From an uncultured delta proteobacterium (lineage in GTDB: Bacteria; Myxococcota; Myxococcia; Myxococcales; Anaeromyxobacteraceae), in NCBI GenBank assembly GCA_963845515.1, contig CAWJSR010000002.1, positions 32,001-96,000 of the forward strand: DNA of 64,000 nucleotides, written 5' to 3'. The stretch's first letter is position 1. Each line of letters starts with the position of its first letter. Both the position numbers and the translations under genes were made by a program. Below are positions 58,435 through 64,000 of this stretch, piece after piece. The notes under the pieces were generated by a model. The model made no database searches. It saw only the letters and a program-made list of their open reading frames with translations, and had not been told where the DNA came from.

Positions 58435-60357
58435 AGCTCCGCACCGCCGCCGTCTCCTACTTCAACACCTACCCGATCACCGCCGGGCTGCGGGACTCGA
58501 AGCTCGTGGAGCTCGTGAAGGCGATCCCCTCCGGCTGCGCCGCGATGCTCGAGTCTGGCGAGGCGGACCTCGCGCTCGTGCCGATCGGCGCGATCGCCGG
58601 GAAGGACTACGAGATCGTCCCCGGCATCGGGCTCGGCTGCGACGGGCCGGTCGAGACGGTGCTGCTCGTCGGCGAGCGGCCGCCGGAGGAGTGGGACGAG
58701 GTCTACCTGGACACCGCCTCGCGCACCTCCCGCGTCCTCGCCCAGCTCGTGCTCGGCGCGATGGGGCTCCACCCCAGGTTCACCTCGATGGACTCGGCCG
58801 AGAGCGTCCCGAGGGCGGTCGGGACGAAGGGAGCCCACGTCATCGGCGATCGGGCCTTCGACGCGAAGAAGCCATGGATGCTCGACCTCGGGCAGGAGTG
58901 GAGCCGGCTCACCGGCCTCCCCTTCGTCTTCGCGGTCTTCGCGGCCAGGCCAGGCGTGATCACCCCGGAGATCGTCGCCGAGCTGACGCGGGCGGCGCAG
59001 GTGGGCCTCGGCATGCGGACCGAGCTCGCGCAGGAGTTCGCACGGGAGAAGGGGGGCGATCCGGAGCGGTACCGGCGCTACCTCACGCGGCGCATGCGCT
59101 ACGCCGTGGGTCCCTACGAGCAGACCGCGATGGAGACCTTCCTCTCGATGGCGGCCGAGCAGGGGCTCCTCCCGCCGACGACGCTCAGGTTCGCCGACGA
59201 CCGCGTCGTCACGCGCCGCGCCAGCCGCCCCGTCTCCGTCGACGCCGCCCTGCAGAAGGGGGCGGACGGCGGGCGGCTCGACGCCGACGAGCTCGAGCGG
59301 CTCGACGCAGGCGGCGCCGCTCCTGGAGCTCGGCCTCGCCGCCGACGCGCGCCGGCGCGCGCTCCACCCGGACGGCGTCGTCACCTACATCGTCTCGCGC
59401 AACGTCAACTACACCAACGTCTGCACGACGGCGTGCCACTTCTGCGCCTTCTACCGGCCGCGCGGCCACGCGGAGGCCTACGTCCTCACCCGCGAGCAGC
59501 TCGCCGGCAAGATCGACGACACGGTGAAGGCGGGCGGGATCGAGCTGCTGCTGCAGGGCGGCCTCGACCCCGACCTCTCCATCGAGTGGTACGAGGAGCT
59601 CTTCCGATGGGTGAAGCAGGGCTGGCCGGAGATCGCCCTCCACGCCCTGTCGCCGGAGGAGATCTGGTTCATCGCCCGGGAGAGCGGCCTCTCGCTCGAC
59701 GCGACGATCGGCCGGCTCATCGCCGCGGGGCTCGACTCGATCCCGGGCGGCGGCGCCGAGGTGCTCGACGACGAGGTCCGGCGGCGGATCGCGCCCCTCA
59801 AGTGCTCGACCGACGAGTGGCTGGCCGTCATGCGCGCCGCGCACCGCCGCGGGCTCAGGAGCACCGCGACGCTGATGTTCGGCGTCGGCGAGGAGCCGCG
59901 CCATCGCGCCAACCACTTCCTCCGGCTGCGTGACCTGCAGGACGAGACCGGCGGCTTCACGGCCTTCATCTGCTGGCCCTTCCAGTCGCAGAACACGCGG
60001 CTCACCGCGTCGGACACGAGCGCGGTCGCGTACCTCCGGACGACTGCCCTCGCCCGGTTGGCGCTCGACAACGTCCCCAACTTCCAGGCGTCCTGGGTCA
60101 CGATGGGCGGCGGCGTCGCGCAGGCGTCGCTACACATGGGGAACAACGACTTCGGCTCGGTGATGATGGAGGAGAACGTCGTCTCCGCGGCCGGGACGAC
60201 CTTCGAGATGGACGCGGCCGAGGTCGAGCGGCACGTCCGCGAGGCAGGGTTCACGCCGATGCGGAGGAACATGCGGTACGACCGGCTCCCGTCGAAGACC
60301 TCTTCCCTCTCCCCCACCGGGGGAGAGGGTCAGGGTGAGGGGGCGGCCTCCCCGTGA
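58431..60357 (+). CDS. mqnC: apparent MqnA (chorismate dehydratase) - MqnC (cyclic dehypoxanthine futalosine synthase) fusion, frameshift near 59308
   Basis: MqnA motifs SYFNT.P, S.TS..L, IGDRA, DLGQEW..TGLPFVFAV; no stop before the MqnC N-terminal helix; then TYIVSRNVNYTNVCTTACHFC, LLQGG, IPGGGAE, FICWPFQ, QASWVT, DFGS.MMEENVV. Confidence 0.82.
60305..60343. repeat. REP-like palindrome inside the 3' end of mqnC
   Basis: ccctctcccccaccgggggagagggtcagggtgagggg; 25-nt core is the exact reverse complement of 4073-4097. Confidence 0.85.
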
Positions 60358-61598
60358 CCGTTCGACTCGTCAGCGCGCCGTGGCTGCTGCTCGGGAGGCC
60401 GCGGAGGCCGTCGAGGCCGGGCTCCTCCCCCAACGGCGTGGGCCAGGGTGAGGGGGCGATCAAGGACGGCGCCGTCGCGCTCGAAGGCGACACCGTCGTC
60501 GCGACGGGCACCCGCGCCGAGCTCGAGGCGCGCTTCGGCCCCTCCGAGCGGCTCGACGCGATCCTGCTGCCGGCGCTCGTCAACGCCCACCTGCACCTGG
60601 AGCTCTCGCACCTGGCCGGGAAGGTCCCGGGGGGCGACGGGCTGCCGGCGTGGATCGGCCGCTTCGTGCGGGCCCGCGCCGAGACGCCGGAGGCCGGGAG
60701 CGGCCCCGCGATGGAGACGGCCGCCGACCAGCTGCTCCGCTTCGGCGTCGCGGCCGTCGGCGACGTGACCAACACGCTCGCCTCGCTCGGCCCCCTCGCC
60801 CGGCGCGGGATCTCCGGCTCGCTCTACCACGAGGTCTTCGGCGCGACCCAGGGCCGGATCGACGAGGCGCTCGCCGGCGCACGCGCAGCGCGTGAGGCGG
60901 CGGGCCCCCCGCCCGCGGGGCTCCGCGTCGTCACGAGCCCGCACGCCGTCTACTCGACCCACCACGCGACGCTGGCGCGCCTCCTCGCCGACGGCCCCTC
61001 CTCGGTGCACCTCGCCGAGGATCCCGCGGAGCGCGCCCTCCTGGCGCGTGGCGACGGCCCCTTCGCCCCGGTCCTCGCCGCGCTCGGGGGCTCCCCCGGC
61101 GACCTCACCCGCGCCCGGTCCGCGGTGGCGCTCGCCGCGCCGTCGCTCCACCCCGGCAACGTCGCCGTCCACTGCGTCGACCTCGACCGTGAGGACATCG
61201 CGCTCCTCGCGCGCTCCGGCGCGGCCGTCGCGCTCTGCCCCCGCTCCAACGAGTACATCGGCGGCAGGATCCCGAACCTGCCGTCGCTCCTCGCCGCCGG
61301 CATCCCGCTCGCCATCGGCTCCGACTCGCTCGCGTCCTCTCCGTCGCTCTCCCCGCTCGCCGAGGTGGCGAGGCTGCGGCGCGCGTTCCCCGAGGTCCCT
61401 GCCGATCGGCTCGTCGCGCTGCTCTGGAACGGCCCGGCGGTCGGCGCGCCGTGGGTCGGCCGGCTCGCCTCGGGCTTCGCCCCCGGCGTGGTCGCTGCGC
61501 CGCTCGACGGGGCCTCCGTCGACGATCCGTTCGAGTTCCTCGCGGGGGCGTTCGGGGAGCGGGAGCTGAAGTGGATCTCCAGGGCCAGCCCCGTATGA
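60354..61598 (+). CDS. amidohydrolase family protein, likely aminofutalosine deaminase
   Basis: LPALVNAHLHLE, SPHAVYS, VHLAE, VHCV, CPRSN, IGSDS; located in the mqn operon. Confidence 0.78.
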   Translation: MTVRLVSAPWLLLGRPRRPSRPGSSPNGVGQGEGAIKDGAVALEGDTVVATGTRAELEARFGPSERLDAILLPALVNAHLHLELSHLAGKVPGGDGLPAWIGRFVRARAETPEAGSGPAMETAADQLLRFGVAAVGDVTNTLASLGPLARRGISGSLYHEVFGATQGRIDEALAGARAAREAAGPPPAGLRVVTSPHAVYSTHHATLARLLADGPSSVHLAEDPAERALLARGDGPFAPVLAALGGSPGDLTRARSAVALAAPSLHPGNVAVHCVDLDREDIALLARSGAAVALCPRSNEYIGGRIPNLPSLLAAGIPLAIGSDSLASSPSLSPLAEVARLRRAFPEVPADRLVALLWNGPAVGAPWVGRLASGFAPGVVAAPLDGASVDDPFEFLAGAFGERELKWISRASPV

Positions 61599-62459
61599 AC
61601 CTCCGCGCCCTCGCCAGCATGGTGAAGCTGTCCCACTCGCTCTTCGCGCTGCCGTTCGTCGCCGCGGCGGTGGTGCTCGTGGCGCGCGACGCCTCGCTCG
61701 ACCTCCGCCGGCTCGCGCTGGTGGCGATCGCGGTCGTCGCGGCGCGGACGGCCGCGATGACGATGAACCGGATCGCCGACCGGAAGTTCGACGAGAAGAA
61801 CCCGCGGACGATCGAAGCGCGAGCTGGTGACCGGGGCGGTGTCGCCGGCCGCGGCGTGGGGGCTCCTCGCCGGCGCCTGCGCGGTCTTCATCCTCTCGGC
61901 GGCGCTCCTCCTGCCCCTCGCCGGCTGGCTCTCGCCGCTCGTCCTCGCGGTCCTCCTCGGCTACAGCTTCGCGAAGCGCTTCACGTGGGCGTGCCACCTC
62001 TGGCTCGGCGTCGCGCAGGCGCTCGCGCCGATCGGCGTGGCGATCGCGCTGACCGGCGGCGCGCCGCTCGCCTCCGTCGTCCTCGGGCTCGGCGTCGGCG
62101 CCTGGATCGCCGGCTTCGACCTGTTCTGGGCGCTGCAGGACGTCGACTTCGACCGGAGCGCCGGGCTCCACTCCATCCCGGTCCGCTTCGGCGTGAAGGG
62201 GGCGCTCCCTGGGCGCGGGCGCTCCACGCGGTGGCCGCGGCGGGCTCGTCGCCGCGGCCGGTCCCTCGCGGGGCGCTCGTGGGGCTGGCTGGCCCGGCGC
62301 CGCCATCCTCGCCGGCGTGCTCGTCGCCGAGCACCGCCACGTGGCGCCCGGCGGCGAGCTGAAGGCCGGAGCGGCTCAACGTCGCCTTCTTCGACTACAA
62401 CGCCTTCGCGTCGATCGCCTTCGCGCTCTGCGCGCTCGCCGATCTCGCCCTGGCGCTGA
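61595..62459 (+). CDS. UbiA-family prenyltransferase (MqnP-like), several frameshifts; end approximate
   Basis: VKLSHSLFALPF, ARTAAMTMNRIADRKFD..NPRT, YSFAKRFTW..H..LG, AGFD...ALQD..FD...LHSIP..FG, NVAFF..N. Confidence 0.8.
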
Positions 62460-62540
62460 GGCGCGTCCAGCGGCCCGCCGGCGGCGCGGCGTGCCGGACG
62501 GACGCTGGGTTCGCGTCCGTCCCCGCGCTACGTTCTCCGG

Positions 62541-63368
62541 ATGCGCCGCATCGCCTCGCTCCTGGCAGTCGCCGTCATCGCCGCTCCCGTCGCCGCCCGC
62601 GCCTGGTCCGACCCGGGCCACAGGATCGCCGCCGCCATCGCCGAGGGGCGGCTCTCACCGGCGGCGCGCCGGCTCGTCCGGGAGATCGTCGGCTCGAAGC
62701 CGCTCTCGGATCACGAGATCGCGACGTGGGCCGACGACGTGCGCGACCGGCGCACCGGCCCCTGGCACTACGTGAACGTCCCGTTCTCCGCCGAGGGTTA
62801 CGTCGCGGCGCGCGACTGCCCGCGGGCGGGCTGCGCAGTCTCCGCGCTGGAGGAGGCCGCCCGCGTCCTCCGGGACGGCGACAGCGCCGCTGAGCTGGCC
62901 GACTCGCTCCGCTGGATCGTCCACCTCGTCGCCGACCTCCACCAGCCCATGCACGCGGGTGAGCTGCGGGACCGCGGCGGAAACGACACGGACGTCCGGA
63001 TCGGGAGGCGGCGCCAGCCGCTCAGCGTCCACAGGCTCTGGGACGCGGAGGTGGTCCAGCCGCTCCTCGTCGGGCGCGACCCGCTCAGGGCCGCGGAGGC
63101 GCTCGGCAGGTCGCTGCTGCCCGCGGAGGCCGAGGCGTGGAGCGCCGACCTCTCGCCGGTGACGTGGGCCGACGAGTCACACCGGCTCGCGCGCGCCATC
63201 TACGGCGAGCTCGGGACCTTCCCCGTGGCCGGCGACACGATCCTGCTGCCGCGCGACTACGCGGAGTCACAGCGGCAGCGGACCGGGGCGGCGCTCTCGA
63301 AGGCCGGCGTGCGGCTGGCCGCCCTGCTCGACCGGATCGCGGCGGAGCGCGAGGCGCGGCGGAGGTGA
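62541..63368 (+). CDS. secreted S1/P1 nuclease
   Basis: Signal ARA|WSDPGH, WADDVR, WHYVN, HLVADLHQPMH, DRGGN, HRLWD, AGVRLA. Confidence 0.9.
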   Translation: MRRIASLLAVAVIAAPVAARAWSDPGHRIAAAIAEGRLSPAARRLVREIVGSKPLSDHEIATWADDVRDRRTGPWHYVNVPFSAEGYVAARDCPRAGCAVSALEEAARVLRDGDSAAELADSLRWIVHLVADLHQPMHAGELRDRGGNDTDVRIGRRRQPLSVHRLWDAEVVQPLLVGRDPLRAAEALGRSLLPAEAEAWSADLSPVTWADESHRLARAIYGELGTFPVAGDTILLPRDYAESQRQRTGAALSKAGVRLAALLDRIAAEREARRR

Positions 63369-63389
63369 GGCTCCGGCCCGGCCTGACCT

Positions 63390-64000
63390 TCAGGCCACCG
63401 GCTGATCCACCTCCTCGTCGCCGCCCTCGCACCCCTCCGACGTCAGGCTCTCCACCCTGTCGGGCTTCACGCGCGCCCCGAGCCGCTGGATGTCCGCCGC
63501 CCGCTTCATGACGTTGCCGCGACCGGTCGCGAGCTTGCTCCGCGCGTCCTGGAAGGCCCCCTTCGCCTGATCCAGGCGGGCGCCGACCTGGTCGAGGTCG
63601 TCGACGAAGGCGCCCAGCTTCTCCAGGAGCTTGCCGGCCTCCGCGGCGATCCGCTGCGCGTTGACGTTCTGCTTCTCGGACCGCCAGACGTGGGCGATCA
63701 GCCGGAGCGCGGCGAGCAGCGTGGTCGGGCTGCAGAGGACGACCCCCTGCCGGAAGGCCTCCTCGTAGAGCCCCGCCTCCCGCGCGATGGCCGCGTGGAA
63801 GGCGGCCTCGTTCGGCACGAAGAGCAGGACGATGTCGAGCGTCCGCTGGCGGAGGAGGTCCTGGTAGTCCTTGGCGGCCAGCTCCTTCACGTGCCTCCGC
63901 ACGGAGCCCAGGTGCCGGTCCAGCGCCGCCTCCCGCTCGTCCCCCTCCGGAGCGCGCATCGCCTCGACGAAGGCCGTGAGGGAGCACTTGGCGTCGACGA
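63390..64000 (-). CDS. rmuC: DNA recombination protein RmuC (5' truncated)
   Basis: VDAK, SVRRHVKELA.KDY, LDIVLLFVPNE, SPTTLL.AL, W..EKQN.NA..IA, L.TGRGN. Confidence 0.9.
   Translation of the reverse strand, partial: VDAKCSLTAFVEAMRAPEGDEREAALDRHLGSVRRHVKELAAKDYQDLLRQRTLDIVLLFVPNEAAFHAAIAREAGLYEEAFRQGVVLCSPTTLLAALRLIAHVWRSEKQNVNAQRIAAEAGKLLEKLGAFVDDLDQVGARLDQAKGAFQDARSKLATGRGNVMKRAADIQRLGARVKPDRVESLTSEGCEGGDEEVDQPVA

Noticed and set aside
62541..64000. S1/P1 nuclease next to rmuC as a DNA-processing module
   Set aside because: The genes are convergent and the nuclease is exported; adjacency alone is not evidence of a shared function.

Overview
High-GC chromosomal window from a myxobacterium-like organism, most similar in gene content and style to Anaeromyxobacter (inference). 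It contains housekeeping genes (rnz, gpsA, clpB, tag, truA, serC, polyprenyl synthase, apaG, rmuC), a Fur-box-preceded feo iron-uptake operon, and a futalosine-type menaquinone cluster with an apparent MqnA-MqnC fusion. It also has several ABC systems, two hybrid histidine kinases and two large surface lipoproteins. The most interesting region is a visibly lower-GC cassette at about 13.0-19.8 kb. It encodes a signal-peptide-bearing RHS protein whose predicted autocleavage would expose a Trp1-His6 zinc PLC/P1-nuclease/Het-C-like tip, a downstream lipoprotein immunity candidate, and an upstream Cys-rich partner with one YD repeat; a 19-bp direct repeat brackets it. Other highlights: (i) a sigma54 activator whose input domain is a roughly 35-aa CxCxxC segment, divergent from a ric + hemerythrin-PAS operon with a clear -24/-12 promoter and palindromic enhancer; (ii) a TetR-ABC1 kinase-OM protein-LolA-like operon with one ATPase and four permeases; (iii) REP-like palindromes inside coding sequences; (iv) a recurrent TA hexamer 6 nt before start codons, suggesting leaderless mRNAs. 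Many genes carry single frameshifts, most likely assembly indels. No tRNA, rRNA, CRISPR array, integrase or transposase was recognised.
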